DNA of 64,000 bases from Octopus sinensis (GCF_006345805.1 NC_043009.1:69936001-70000000); one strand, 5' to 3'. Counted from the stretch's first letter, positions 51,024 through 64,000 are shown. The notes: generated by a model from the letters alone, not told the origin. Numbers and translations are program-made.

Positions 51024-51859
51024 ATATGTATATATATATATATTTATTTATATGTGTACGCGTGTACAGATGTATTTCCATCATGAGAGAGAGAGTGATG
51101 CAAGTTATGCCATAAATCTCTGAAACGTGTGACAGACGAATCCGATAAAACTGACACTCAATTTAGAAAGCTAATTTTAACAATATATACGACGACATGT
51201 TTTACTCGAAACGTGCTCTGTTGATACTACGACTGTGGTTTTTTTTTGAAGTTGTTCGTTTTAGTTCCTTAGCTGGAGCAATACGGTTTCTCAGTTCAGT
51301 ATAGCTTCGATTCGTGACAAACTCCATCTCAGCTTCCGAGTTAAATAATAACAGTGGATTATTGCAGTTGTATTTTGTATTTAAACAACAAGGTATCATG
51401 GGAAAGATATTGTAACAGAAAAAAAATTACAATCTTCAGATTTTTAATTGTTTTATCATCTGACTCTTAATTCGTTTCAGAACGTAGGTTGCTTTGGGAT
51501 TTACAGTTTGCCGTTGATTTACCATCTCTACGTAACAGAGATTTGTAGAGAATCGAGTCCAGTAGTTTTTCTGTGTAGAGGTCTCTTGTGTTCTCGATTA
51601 CGATATGCTCTGATGGCTCATCGTCGTCAATGAATGGTCAGCTGATCTGAAAGTCACGCAATTACGTGTCCGATATAATAGGCTGAGTCATTACTTTTAC
51701 AACTTCCATGTTTACTCTACCATTTGTGATGTTTTGCGCGAGGATCGGCATTCTAGAATAAGATGCTTTAATAGTATTCTTTAAGATCATAAAATACCTT
51801 CGTTCGGCCACAAAAATATTAGTTGATTCAAGAAAAGACAATTTTGGTTGTTGGTAATT

Positions 51860-53290
51860 GTTACTACCGCTTGCATGTTAAACGTTGTCGTTCTTATTGT
51901 TATGTTTGGAATTTGATTTCTGTTTGTATGAGCTAGTCTTCAGTTTCACCATTACACCCCAAGAGACAGCAAGATCAAATGGGAATTATGACTAGAATGA
52001 TTGATATCTGCCGTGTTTTAGAGGAAGAATGTAGTTCAGTAAGATGAATTTATATTTTAATCGTATACCTTGCGTTCGTATGAAGTATTGTGTTAGAAAA
52101 TGTGTTCTTGACAATATGTGAAAAAGATAGTTTTGAAGTTATATAAACTGTAGTTTACAAGGGATGTGAGCAGTCCTCATAAGTACTATTTTTCTGAACT
52201 CTTCTATTTTCCGACTTAATGGGATTTGACACAGGTAAAAGCCAGATATTTTGCTACCTTTCATGGGGTATCTACAACCACGGGGATTGTTCTAGTTTCG
52301 AGTTTCCGTATTTTATCGATTTTTATTTCAAGATCTTTGCAATTGCTAAGGTTTTGCTAGATTTTGACAGATACTTTTATATCCATTGGGGCAGTCCTAT
52401 TGATTATAGGGACATGATTTTCGCCTGAAATCCTTCAATATAATATCTAGCCTATTTCCCTTAGAATAAACTGAAAAGTTCCATAAGAGTGAAATATGAA
52501 CTTTTTCAAACACTGAAAGTGATTTGTGTTCCCAACAGTTTCTTTGATGGGAAAAGTCCATCTTCCTGCAAATTACCCAGCATATCTATCCTGCCTGATG
52601 AGAAACTTTAAAGGTTGCACGATGAAATGTGTTCGATAGTTTCAGGCAAATTTTTACACACTCGACATTCTGGGCTACTGCAGTTCTTTATAATTGTTGG
52701 CCTGATAGCTTCGTGTAGGTAGGCATTGATCCTGGACTGCTACGATAAACTCTTCCGCCTCTTGTTTTAAACCAGAGGATACTGACCATTGATGGATACA
52801 AGTTTTGTGAACATAGTATTGTTAGCTCTCTCTGGGTTTTTACCACGAACTGGTTTTTCCTACCATTTGCCGGTTAGATTACTTAAGGCTGTATTTTTTT
52901 GTAAGGGTTGTTCTGTGCTTGTTCTTAGTTTATCTAATTCTGGTACTTCTTGTATTTGGAATTCATTTGAATATTTTCCTGCCTCTCTTGTTACTGTATA
53001 CAATGTTTTGCTGTTTACATGCTCCAACAGAAAAAAAAAATGTATTTAGCTTCCAGTTCTCAGCGTTTTTAGATAAGATTTTATGCAGTCGAAGCAATTT
53101 TCAGTGCAGTTCAAATGGTCGGAGTCGACGGCCTCCTTCGCTTCTTCCTTAATAGAGTCGTTTGATGTCCCCTTTTGGATGGTGCATTCTATTTATTGTC
53201 AAACATTTCTGAATTTCTTTTTGTCAAGCAAACAGATTTCAGATGTTAGTCTATAAATCTTATTGCAAAGCAAAATAACGCCATTGCATA
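51860..53290 (-). pseudogene. R4/Dong-clade (restriction-like endonuclease) LINE 3' portion
   Basis: HHPKGDIKRLY.GRSEGGR and SSGLKQEAEEFIVAVQDQCLPTRSYQ..PECRVCKNLPETIEHISSC (CCHC knuckle). Confidence 0.85.
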
Positions 53291-53552
53291 AATAATGTTT
53301 CGTTAAGCTATATTGCTGAACTTTTGACAAATCCCAAGGCCCGGAATAAAGTAACATCATACAAATTGAATTATCCCAGTTTTATGCAAAGCACTCATTG
53401 GTGACTAAAACAAATAGCTGACGGGAGAGTGGTACATATTCTGACACCTGTTATCAGATAGGTAAGAATAGTAAGTTGGCGGTTTCATGTCCGAAATGAA
53501 TAGAAATAGGAAAAGCACATGATAACAGAAATAACATTTTTTTTTCCTGTAG

Positions 53553-53793
53553 GAATATTGAATCCAAGATTGAGGTTTGTTACGAATGAACAAAGGATAA
53601 CTTTGTGATGATGGATGCTGATGAGCAATTTCTATTCAGACATTTGCAACAGCATTTTCATTAGATAAAAAAGGAAAAAAAGAAAAATCTTTATCAGACA
53701 CTATTTTCGTAATATTTAACTGGGAATTCTCTCCAGTCGCTTGTCAAGCACACTTCCTCTTATCAAAAGCTTAACACTTGGCTGCAAATCTGA
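53553..53793 (+). CDS. Candidate exon pair 53553-53574 and 53737-53793 reading NIESKIE|SLVKHTSSYQKLNTWLQI*
   Basis: Strong acceptor ttttttcctgtag, donor GAG|gtttgt, acceptor ttctctccag; phases compatible; no homology support. Confidence 0.18.
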
Positions 53794-54164
53794 AGCAAAC
53801 GGACATTTTGTTAAACGCAGTTTCTTAGGAAAATTATATTCGGTTCAGTGTGGATTATTTTGGTAGAGATTCACAACACTACATATCTGATTTGTGCAAA
53901 TATTGTGAAAAAATGTAAATAGAATATACATATTTTAACATAAAGCACATTCCCTGCATTTGTTGCTGGTAACAGGGGATGGGTGGGGGCTGTTTTACTG
54001 CTGATGATGTTCTTCTTGCTATTGCTAATAGCAGTTAGTGGTGCTGTTGTTGTAAAAATTGTGGTTGCTGGGATGCGGAGAATAGAAGTTATGATAACAA
54101 TGCTGCCATTATTATCATTATTGTCGCAACAACAACACCAACATCAACAATAATGATTTCAAAT

Positions 54165-54487
54165 GTTGGTACGAGGCCAACAATTTTCGGATAAGTTGAT
54201 TACTTCGACCCCAGTGCACAACTGGTACTTAATTCATTGATCTCAAAAGGATGAAGGGCAAAGCTAACTTTGGCGAAATTTGAACTCAGAACATAAAGAC
54301 GGATGAAATACCGCGAAGCATTTTGCTCAGCGTGAATCTTCTTTCAATTTTGGTTCCGTTTCTTGTCGAGTGTCTCCCTAACACCTAGGGAAGAGAAACT
54401 CACTGTAAGCCATTAAAATAAAGGCACCAGACATTTCGTTTACAAAGTCCTGTGATAGAGAAAAAGGGAAAAAGGAAAGAAAATTCA

Positions 54488-54533
<46 letters not shown>

Positions 54534-54746
54534 GGTGGCGAGCTGACAGGATCATTAGCACACTGGGTGAAATGCCTAGCGGTAATTCGTCTGCCGCTAT
54601 ATTCTGAGTTCAAATTCCGCCAAGGTCGGTTTTATATTTCATTATTTCGAGGTTGATATATTAAGTACCAGTGAAACACTGGGGTCGATGTAATCTGCTG
54701 GACCCCCATCCTCCTACACTTCAGGCCTTGTGTCTTCAGTAGAAAA
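54165..54746. mobile_element. Two SINE A copies (54165-54340 minus; 54532-54746 plus)
   Basis: Body matches. Confidence 0.82.
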
Positions 54747-54789
54747 GAGAAAAGACTATTATTTTGGGTTGGCTCAGGTCCAGTTTTAT

Positions 54790-55225
54790 TCCTGGCAGGA
54801 TTTATGTGGGTAACGGGTTACTACCTGTAACCTTAGCTATCCACAAGTTTTCAACTGCCTTTCAAGTGCTTAGAACCCTTCCTGACAATCCTTGCTGTCG
54901 TTAAGAGACAAACTTTTTGTAGGAGCTCTACAGGGCAATCTATTCGAATTTCCTTCAGCCATTTGAGTATATCTTCGCTTATTATTACAGGCGTTGCACA
55001 ATATACAATATCGTGAGGTTATTGATTGAAGATATTGTGCCGACCGGGGGTTTGTACTGTTTGTCAAGAAACAACAGGGACCTCAGACAGACAATACTTT
55101 ATGCAATATGCATGCAGTTCCAAGTAATGCCGACTTTTGCAACACATCTAGATTGTAGAGTATTTCTAAGGTTTTCAGATGTTTTTTTTCAGATTGGGTG
55201 GTATTGAACCCAATGCTCCGATGAC
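54790..55225 (-). pseudogene. Two adjacent R4/Dong 3' ends from different subfamilies
   Basis: VIGALGSIPPNLK..DVLQKSALLGTACILHKVLSV* (55225-55083) and EDILKWLKEIRIDCPVELLQKVCLLTTARIVRK (54976 downward). Confidence 0.8.
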
Positions 55226-55311
55226 ATATCATCATCATAATCATCATCATTATTATTATTATTATTTTAAAGACAGCGAGCTGGCAGAGTCGTTGGAGCG
55301 TCGAACAAAAT

Positions 55312-55361
<50 letters not shown>

Positions 55362-56257
55362 ATAGTATATATTTTTACTTTTCTAAATGCACAATTCAGT
55401 GTCGTTTTATGTTTTATATTCTAACAAACATTGACATAATGACGACGGTGGTGACGTGTGTGTGAGTGTGTATGTGTGTGTGAGTGTGTGTGTGTGTTGT
55501 GTGTGTGTGAGTGTGTGTGAGTGTGTGTGTGTGTGTGTGAGTGAGTGTGTGTGTGTGTGTATGTGTGTGTATGTGGGGTGTATATAAAAGAAATTCAGTG
55601 TTATTGTCTGTTATATTTTTGTATGTAAAGAAGAATTGACAAGGTATTTCACTTGCAATATTGCCTGTCCTTAAAGTAAATCAGTTTATAAAGCTGTAAA
55701 GATTATGTGGAGAGGAAATAATTCGTTGCTCAACAGCTATTAACATAGAGAGATATTGCTTGCTTCTGATTTTGTTTCAAGCTATATCTCCAATATTTTC
55801 AATTTCTTACAAGATCTGGCATGTTTTTACATATTCCTATACAAACCAAAATGTCATTCTCTTCAAATATAAACAATATTTCGCCAACATCGTATTTAAT
55901 AACGAAATTTGAAAAGAAAAAAGTAAATTAAATCATGATACCCAATCACTATTACGCGTAGACGAATATCTCGATGTCTATGGATGCGGATATATATATG
56001 TGTGTGTGTGCGTGTGTGTGCGTGTGTGTGTATGTCTGTGTGTGTGTGCACGCGTGCGTGTGTATGTATGTGTATGTGTGTATCTAGATATACATACATG
56101 TGTGAAATATTAATAATGGCCATTATGAGTATGCATGCATACATATATATGTGTGCATGTATGCATATATATAATGCACATATATATACGCATAATATAT
56201 ATAGATATACATACATATATATATATCTACATACACACACACTCACACACTATATAT

Positions 56258-56323
<66 letters not shown>

Positions 56324-56473
56324 ATATATATATCTACATACACACACACACTCACACACACATATATATATATACATATAATTTCAACAATTGAGGGTAA
56401 AATTAATTATTAATCAATTTCACCAAGTATTCAGTATGTAAAGGGACCATCATAGGCGAATTCAAAATATTAC

Positions 56474-56847
56474 ATTATATATAAGGGCTTAGTAAAATAA
56501 ATTACCTTGCCACATACTGAACTCATTAGAAATAGCAGCTAAAGAAATTTCTTCAGCTACTTCTAATACTTAAAGAAGATCTCTCTCAGATAGTGTTTGC
56601 CTAAACCAACTCACAAAAGTATGGAGGAAAAAACATTAAAAAATCAAGTGCAAAGCTCAAATAACCTTTGCACTTGATTTTTTAATGTTTTCTCCCCCAT
56701 ACCTTTGTGAGTTGGTTTAGGCAAACACTATCTGAGAGAGATCTTCTTTAAGTATTAGAAGTAGCTGAAGAAATTTCTTTAGCTGCTATTTCTAATGAGT
56801 TCAGTATGTGGCAAGGTAATTTATTTTACTAAGCCCTTATATATAAT
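56474..56847. repeat. Near-perfect palindrome: 182-bp arms, 10-nt loop, 3 mismatches
   Basis: Arms 56474-56655 and 56666-56847 compared base by base; degraded single-arm relative at about 26320-26420. Confidence 0.97.
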
Positions 56848-56969
56848 ATATATATACATTTTCAAACACACACGTATATGTGTGTGTATATGTGCGTGTT
56901 CATGTATAAATGTGTATATAAGTATATTTATGTGTAAACGTGCGTAGACACACACGCAAGTGTATATAG

Positions 56970-57112
56970 TGGAGGCGTGCGGCGTAGCGCTTGGGATGTT
57001 GGATTCATGATCGTAAGACTTTGGTTTCAACTCCTGGACTACGCGATGCCTTGTGATCTTGAGCAAAACACTTAATTTCACGTTTCTCCACTCCGCTCAG
57101 CTGGTAAAAATG
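56970..57112 (+). mobile_element. Degraded SINE family D 5' part
   Basis: gtgatcttgagcaaaacacttaatttcac...ctcagctgg matches the 9478-9783 copy. Confidence 0.65.
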
Positions 57113-57200
57113 CCCAGGGGTTAAATATATATACACCACGGAAAGCGGGAAATCGTCCGCAGGATTCGAGAATGATACTTCATACATATCATATATAAAT

Positions 57201-57259
<59 letters not shown>

Positions 57260-57676
57260 AGATATAGATATATAAACGCCATAATTTTAACTGCATACAC
57301 ATGTATACATGCACATTCTTAAATATGCACACGTACATATACGTAGATATGTAAAACTGTGTATCGGTAAACCAAAATATTCTTCCCAGGTAAAATTTCG
57401 TTCCTTATACCTAAAAATTTCGTTCGATCGATAACCAATCAATCATATTTACCATAATAAAATAATTGTTTGGACATTTCAAAGTGTTAGTCGCTTTGTG
57501 GGTTGACGCTATCGAGTCACTTCCGTGGACCATTAATCATAAAATGGTTTTTCTCTGATTTTTATGATCAGGAACTTTGAATGAAACGATGTCAGGTCTT
57601 TTGTTCTGATTTGATCAAAATAGCAGTCATATTCGGAAAACTGCAAAAAACGCTGGTCCAGGGTCAACAATCTTAC

Positions 57677-57766
57677 CTGCGATGTTCTTCGGGATGAAAA
57701 ACATCACAAAAGATTTGGTACAACTGACTGGACAATCATTTGATTTGGTGCCTCTAATTTTTGGCA
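57677..57766 (-). CDS. Candidate exon in duplication unit 1 (90 nt; phase 1-1 frame open)
   Basis: Acceptor gcgttttcctccag, donor CAG|gtaaga. Confidence 0.3.
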
Positions 57767-58274
57767 CTGGAGGAAAACGCACGCGCATTCGCAGAAATAG
57801 ACATATAAAGAGGAAGAGAGAGTGAGAGAGGAGGGAAAGAGGAAAGAAGGAGAGAAATGTTAAAATATAACGAGTGACACCAAGATGGCTGTGCTAAAAC
57901 GACTGTGCAACCGATGTGCTTATTCCTAACTTCCTATCTTGATATTTAAGTGCCAAGATATTGCAGTGCCGTTTAGTAATGTCGATGAGAGGGGTTTTGT
58001 TGGTTACAGGGGTTTTATTTAATGCGCTCGATAATAACTCTACTTCGCAGGTTGAGGGGTTTCGAAACGTTATATTGTGGAGCCGCACCGTTTTAGTTTT
58101 CCAGATGTTTGTCTTTCAAGGAGTATCAACAATACCTTAGCATTCACGTTGTTGATGAAGGGGCAAAATGCATGCATCGTAGATGTTTAGGGTAAAGTTT
58201 CGCACGCAGCTGCTCGCATTTGTTTTTGATAAACAGCGGATACAATCTGAAAGTACTTGGGAAGCAATTGGTGA

Positions 58275-58325
<51 letters not shown>

Positions 58326-58808
58326 GATATATATATATATATATGTATATTATATATATGTATATATATAGAAGAGAGAGAGAGAGAGATAGATATAGAT
58401 ATATAAACGCCATAATTTTAACTGCATACACATGTATACATGCACATTCTTAAATATGCACACGTACATATACGTAGATATGTAAAACTGTGTATCGGTA
58501 AACCAAAATATTCTTTCCCAGGTAAAATTTCGTTCCTTATACCTAAAAATTTCGTTCGATCGATAACCAATCAATCATATTTACCATAATAAAATAATTG
58601 TTTGGACATTTCAAAGTGTTAGTCGCTTTGTGGGTTGACGCTATCGAGTCACTTCCGTGGACCATTAATCATAAAATGGTTTTTCTCTGATTTTAATGAT
58701 CAGGAACTTTGAATGAAACGATGTCAGGTCTTTTGTTCTGATTTGATCAAAATAGCAGTCATATTCGGAAAACTGCAAAAAACGCTGGTCCAGGGTCAAC
58801 AATCTTAC

Positions 58809-58899
58809 CTGCGATGTTCTTCGGGATGAAAAACATCACAAAAGATTTGGTACAACTGACTGGACAATCAGTTTGATTTGGTGCCTCTAATTTTTGGCA
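58809..58899 (-). CDS. Candidate exon in duplication unit 2 (91 nt; phase 0-1): CQKLEAPNQTDCPVSCTKSFVMFFIPKNIA
   Basis: Same splice sites as unit 1, plus one extra base. Confidence 0.3.
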
Positions 58900-59410
58900 C
58901 TGGAGGAAAACGCACGCGCATTCGCAGAAATAGACATATAAAGAGGAAGAGAGAGTGAGAGAGGAGGGAAAGAGGAAAGAAGGAGAGAAATGTTAAAATA
59001 TAACGAGTGACACCAAGATGGCTGTGCTAAAACGACTGTGCAACCGATGTGCTTATTCCTAACTTCCTATCTTGATATTTAAGTGCCAAAGATATTGCAG
59101 TGCCGTTTAGTAATGTCGATGAGAGGGGTTTTGTTGGTTACAGGGGTTTTATTTAATGCGCTCGATAATAACTCTACTTCGCAGGTTGAGGGGTTTCGAA
59201 ACGTTATATTGTGGAGCCGCACCGTTTTAGTTTTCCAGATGTTTGTCTTTCAAGGAGTATCAACAATACCTTAGCATTCACGTTGTTGATGAAGGGGCAA
59301 AATGCATGCATCGTAGATGTTTAGGGTAAAGTTTCGCACGCAGCTGCTCGCATTTGTTTTTGATAAACAGCGGATACAATCTGAAAGTACTTGGGAAGCA
59401 ATTGGTGATG

Positions 59411-59443
<33 letters not shown>

Positions 59444-59454
59444 ATATATATATA

Positions 59455-59486
<32 letters not shown>

Positions 59487-59498
59487 GTATATATATAT

Positions 59499-59542
<44 letters not shown>

Positions 59543-59593
59543 GGTGAGAGAGTGAGAGAGGCGAACTGGTTTGCAACACTGGTTTCCGCATTA

Positions 59594-59807
59594 ATTCTTT
59601 CTACCATAGGCACAAGGCCTGAAATTTGGGGGAGGGGACTAGTCGATTACATCGACCCCAGTGCGTAACTGGTACTTAATTTATCGACTCCGAAAGGATG
59701 AAAGGCAAAGTTGACCTCGGCGGAATTTGAACTCAGAACGTAGCGATGGGCGAAATACCGCTATGCATTTCGTCCAGCGCGCTAACGATTCTGCCAGCTC
59801 GCCGCCT
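59594..59807 (-). mobile_element. SINE family A monomer, full length and young
   Basis: Complete head, B box and tail gaaagaatt. Confidence 0.95.
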
Positions 59808-60141
59808 CATGTGTGCTGGTAGTAACTTTGCCATTTCACATTCTTTCTGCATTGTTATGACTTTTGGTGGTTGTTGCTCGCCTTTGACGCGCATTTAGTT
59901 TTCTTCAAGTAACAAATGCATTCCAACTATACACTGTCAGAAATCACATCCTTAGTAAATATGGTGTCATCCAGGGATAAGTAAGTTCAATTCGCGGTGA
60001 AGCTGTTAGTCACATAAAGCGACCCATCCATCCATCCATCCCTCTATCTATACATGCATCCATGCATCCATCCATCCATCTATCTATACATGCATACAAG
60101 CGCACACATAGACATACGTACATACATACAAACACACACAC

Positions 60142-60226
<85 letters not shown>

Positions 60227-60960
60227 TGTGTGTGTGTGTGTGTGTGTTTGTGTGTGTGTGAATGCATGATCAAAAACATACATGAAATGGATAGCTACTT
60301 GAGGGGAAAACGACAACGGTGCGAAAATAATGATTTCACTGAATGAGTCGCTAAATGACATGCTAGAAATAACAGCCAAGTATCCTTCACATTACAACCA
60401 AGACTACTATATTAATTGTTAGAGCGTAGTGTATATCATACACGCTTTTGCGAAAGAGAGAGAGAGGGAGAGAGAGAGAGAGAGAGAGAAAGAGAGGGAG
60501 GGAGGGAGAGAGAGAGAGAGTGCGAATTTATCTATGTATACATAAATGCATTTCTAGAAAAATTGAGAGTTGAGGATGGAAGAAGAGAAAGAAAAACTGA
60601 AAGATCCAATAATTATTTCCTGATTTGTAATTTCCGATGTGTAACTCAGAAAAAATCCGAAGAAATTTCCAAGAGCAATTATAAATTTAAAAACTTCCGG
60701 AGGAAGTTCCTCGTATTGAAATTTCTTACTATCCTTTTTTTTTTTATTATATATTTTGGACTTTACACTACAGTGTGGCCTTCCTTTTACAAAATGCTAG
60801 GCTTGCAATTGAAGGGATAGGGTGATATTTCTGGCAGATGGAATGGTTATAGAGAGACTCCTTCACTGAACAGCTATTTCTTACGGAGACAACCTGGTCA
60901 TGGACAAAACATTGTATTAGGCTATTATTTACGGATACACACACGCACACACACACATTA

Positions 60961-61001
<41 letters not shown>

Positions 61002-61025
61002 TTATATATACATTTATATATACAC

Positions 61026-61057
<32 letters not shown>

Positions 61058-61060
<3 letters not shown>

Positions 61061-61327
61061 GCGCAATGGCCTAGTGGTTAGGGCAGCGGACTCGCGGTTT
61101 CGATTCCCAGACCGGGCGTTGTGTGTGTTTATTGAGCGAAAACACCTAAAAGCTCCACGAGGCTCCGGCAGGGGGTGGTGATCCTTGCTGTACTCTTTCA
61201 CCACTCGTTCTTCTGTTGGAACTGCTCGCTTAGCCAGCGGGGTGGCGTCATTCGAAGGCTAAAACAATGCGAACGCATTGTGACCAGCGATGTGTAACTA
61301 CATCTGGTCGGTCACGTTATCACGTGA
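61058..61327 (+). mobile_element. SINE family C
   Basis: TGGCCTAGTGG A box, GGTTTCGATTCCC B box, internal deletion relative to the 18051 copy. Confidence 0.88.
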
Positions 61328-61367
61328 TATATATATATATGAATATATATATATATATACATATATA

Positions 61368-61670
61368 GGCGCACGCTTGGCTGTGTGGTAAATAGCTTGC
61401 TTCCCAGAGCCAGTTCAGTCCCACTGCGTGACACCTTAGGTCAGTGTATTTTACTATAGCTTCGTGCCTTCGTGAGTAGATTTGGTAGATGGAAACTGAA
61501 AGAAGCCCTCGTACATGTGTATGTGTGTTTGCGTGTCTGTGTTTGTCCCCGCACCATCAGTGGACAACCGATGTTGGTTTGTTTCTGTCCCCGTAACTTA
61601 GCGGTTCGGCAAAACAGACCGATAGAATAAGTAGTAGGCTTACAGGGAATAAGTCCTGGGGTCGATTTGT
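61368..61670 (+). mobile_element. SINE family B, diverged and 3'-truncated
   Basis: Body match. Confidence 0.85.
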
Positions 61671-62004
61671 GATGTAAACGCTGTAATGGGTAGGTCCCTG
61701 CCGATGCAAAAGCCACGCTGAGCGGAATTTGGAAGATTGCGCCCACCAAAAGGAAAAAAAAAAAAGATAGAGGTCAGTTATCCTTGATCTCGTGACCCTT
61801 TCAGATGATGTGGCAGGTCAGCAAGGTCAGTGAGATATATGAGTGTATATTGATATATAGACGTAAATATACACTGTTGTGGTAGGAAGAGGAAGAGGAA
61901 GAGGAAGAATTATGTTTGTACACGCACACGTGCGCGTTCATGTGTTTATGCAAGTATGTGTATATAGATATAAGCATATATATATATATATACACATACA
62001 CACA

Positions 62005-62035
<31 letters not shown>

Positions 62036-62058
62036 GCATAAATATATGCATATATGTG

Positions 62059-62095
<37 letters not shown>

Positions 62096-62149
62096 GCGTG
62101 TGTGTATGTACACACACATAGTATTTCTTTCCGCGCTCAGTTCTAATAA

Positions 62150-62322
62150 TTTCAAATTTTGGGAAAAGGCCAGTACTAATTTTGTGGGAGGGGAAGGGAT
62201 CAGTCGGTGATGAAGTGATGCTTGTTTGATCGACCCCGAGAGGATAAAAGGCAAAGTCGACCTCGGCGGAAATTGAGCTCAGAACACGAAGACAGACGAA
62301 ATGCCTCTAAGCATTTTACCCA
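62150..62322 (-). mobile_element. SINE family A, diverged
   Basis: aaaaggcaaagtcgacctcggcggaaattgagctcagaac. Confidence 0.82.
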
Positions 62323-62496
62323 AGTATACTTTTGTAGAGTACAAATTTATAATTCTTGTACAAGAATGTTGTGACAGCGACTTTGAAGTTTCGGCCAGCT
62401 AAACCATCGGCCGGCTTAGCTATCAAGAATATATATGTGTGTGTGTGTGTGTGTATATACACATACACATACACGCACACATATATACTCACACAC

Positions 62497-62540
<44 letters not shown>

Positions 62541-62939
62541 TAATCGTAAGGCAATAGAAATAATGTTGCTATTGGTATGAACATGAATATTAAAAGCGAA
62601 TAAGACTCCAAGGAGTATTCCACAAAATAAATTCTTAAATTATTGAAAATGTCAATCTCTTTCGAGAGAAGAATAAAGACAAGCCTTGTAATAATTGTAA
62701 CTTATGAGAAGGAAAGAGACAATTGCAAGAACTATCGATTCTTGGAAACACAACAATAACCAAAAGACACGTTGATTGCCTGAAGATAAGTAGACAGCAA
62801 CATGGGTAAGCGTCTGCCTCACAAGGCGTCATTAGCAATTAACTCACCTCGTATCCAGGAGGTGAGAAACTGAGATATATATAGGAAAAAATGGGTAGAA
62901 AATATTCACTGTTGACACAAGGCATTTGTTTATTCCCCA

Positions 62940-62978
<39 letters not shown>

Positions 62979-63466
62979 TTTTCTCTTTCTCTCAGGGAAG
63001 ATATTTTTAATAAAAATATTTCATTTATGCTTTGTCGTAAAAATTGTACACACAGACACATGCATAGCTGGAGGGATAGATATTTATGAGCGTATGAACA
63101 TATATATATATATACATACATGTGTGTATGTGTGTGTATACATCTATAAATACTCCCACACATATATATACCTCCGTGTGTGTGTGTGTCTACAGACAAA
63201 TAAACTTTTCTTTTTCTTTCTACTCTACCATTAATCTCCTGCCAAAATATCTAACTCTTCCATAAAAAACCCCACTAGAAACCGCTGTCGTAATTGCTAT
63301 TAACGAGGCTTGGCTGAAGTAAATTACCAGTCAATTTATGCCAGTATTGACTAAATATAAAAGGTCATTTGACAAGATAAAAACGAAATAGGAATATTTG
63401 TCGAATTCTGTGGAATTTACGCTCTTATTAGTTGTTATATTATTTAGTTTTGGCGAAGAGAAATAT

Positions 63467-63509
<43 letters not shown>

Positions 63510-63588
63510 TCCTTATGAAATACAGAAGAGCAAAACGATAGAGGCTGTATGCGGTCACTCGGTGTCGCAGCAATAGTGGTAAAATTAC

Positions 63589-63812
63589 CCATAAATCACC
63601 CTCTATTGCCTTAAAAATTGATACGTTAGATGAAATTGTTATGATTTTCCTGTACAAAGAGAGGGAAAGGTTACAGTTAGAAATATCTGATGGTGTTGAC
63701 TAACGTAAAAGTTTGTGAAATGTTTTATGAAAGAAACAAATACCAGCGTGAGTCCTTTCGCTGCTAAATCTTTTATAGTTTCCTTTATCTCAGCAGGAAG
63801 AACTGTAAGACG
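63589..63812 (-). CDS. Two candidate exons: 63744-63812 (RLTVLPAEIKETIKDLAAKGLTL) and 63589-63649 (KIITISSNVSIFKAIEGDLW)
   Basis: Pyrimidine-rich acceptors (cacacccttcag; ccctctctttgtacag) and donors CTG|gtattt, TGG|gtaatt; the two phases do not join directly. Confidence 0.2.
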
Positions 63813-64000
63813 CTGAAGGGTGTGCGAAGACTCTTCTCAGATGAGGAGGAGATGGTTGATGGTCGGCTTGGACCTTAGTTGTTTGGTGCTCAGGGTAAAT
63901 TGAGGCGAGGAAAACGAAGGAGCTTGTTCTCGTTCTGCTGAAAATAACAGCCAAACACTCTTCATACAATAACCTTCTATCTTAGTATAAACGAACTCCT

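Larger units (their letters stand above)
57230..59500. repeat. Direct tandem duplication, period about 1131 bp, about 99% identical
   Basis: aaacgccataatt at 57274 and 58405; junctions lie in (TA)n(GA)n tracts. Confidence 0.97.

Noticed and set aside
52598-52612. Isolated CTGATGA heptamers (also near 19263, 39614, 53618, 54001)
   Set aside because: No helix II followed by GAAA and no helix I complementarity
61058-61130. tRNA-like heads of SINE families A-D as tRNA genes
   Set aside because: A and B boxes are present, but there is no complete cloverleaf and each continues into a SINE body

Overview
AT-rich, microsatellite-saturated eukaryotic DNA, most likely from an octopus. This assignment is my inference from the characteristic tRNA-derived SINE families and repeat spectrum, not a database result. 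There is no long intact ORF: almost all supplied ORFs are translations of (TA)n, (CA)n, (TATC)n or SINE sequence. The window holds many copies of four or five SINE families and decayed LINEs (Penelope-like GIY-YIG and RT pieces, Tx1/L1, R4/Dong, RTE). It also holds Tc1/mariner remnants, a mariner MITE, Helentron-like non-autonomous elements, several large fold-back palindromes and a 1.13-kb tandem duplication. A handful of short exon-like segments with good splice sites suggest one or more genes with very long introns, but I could not identify a product. The most interesting signal is a set of type I hammerhead ribozyme (HHR) motifs in five unrelated short repeat or sequence contexts. One (34565-34627) is a complete, canonical HHR with a bulged helix I. 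One family has a non-canonical CUGUNGA core conserved in three copies. Several HHRs sit at the turning point of genomic hairpins. All alignments and folds were done by eye, and repeat boundaries are approximate.
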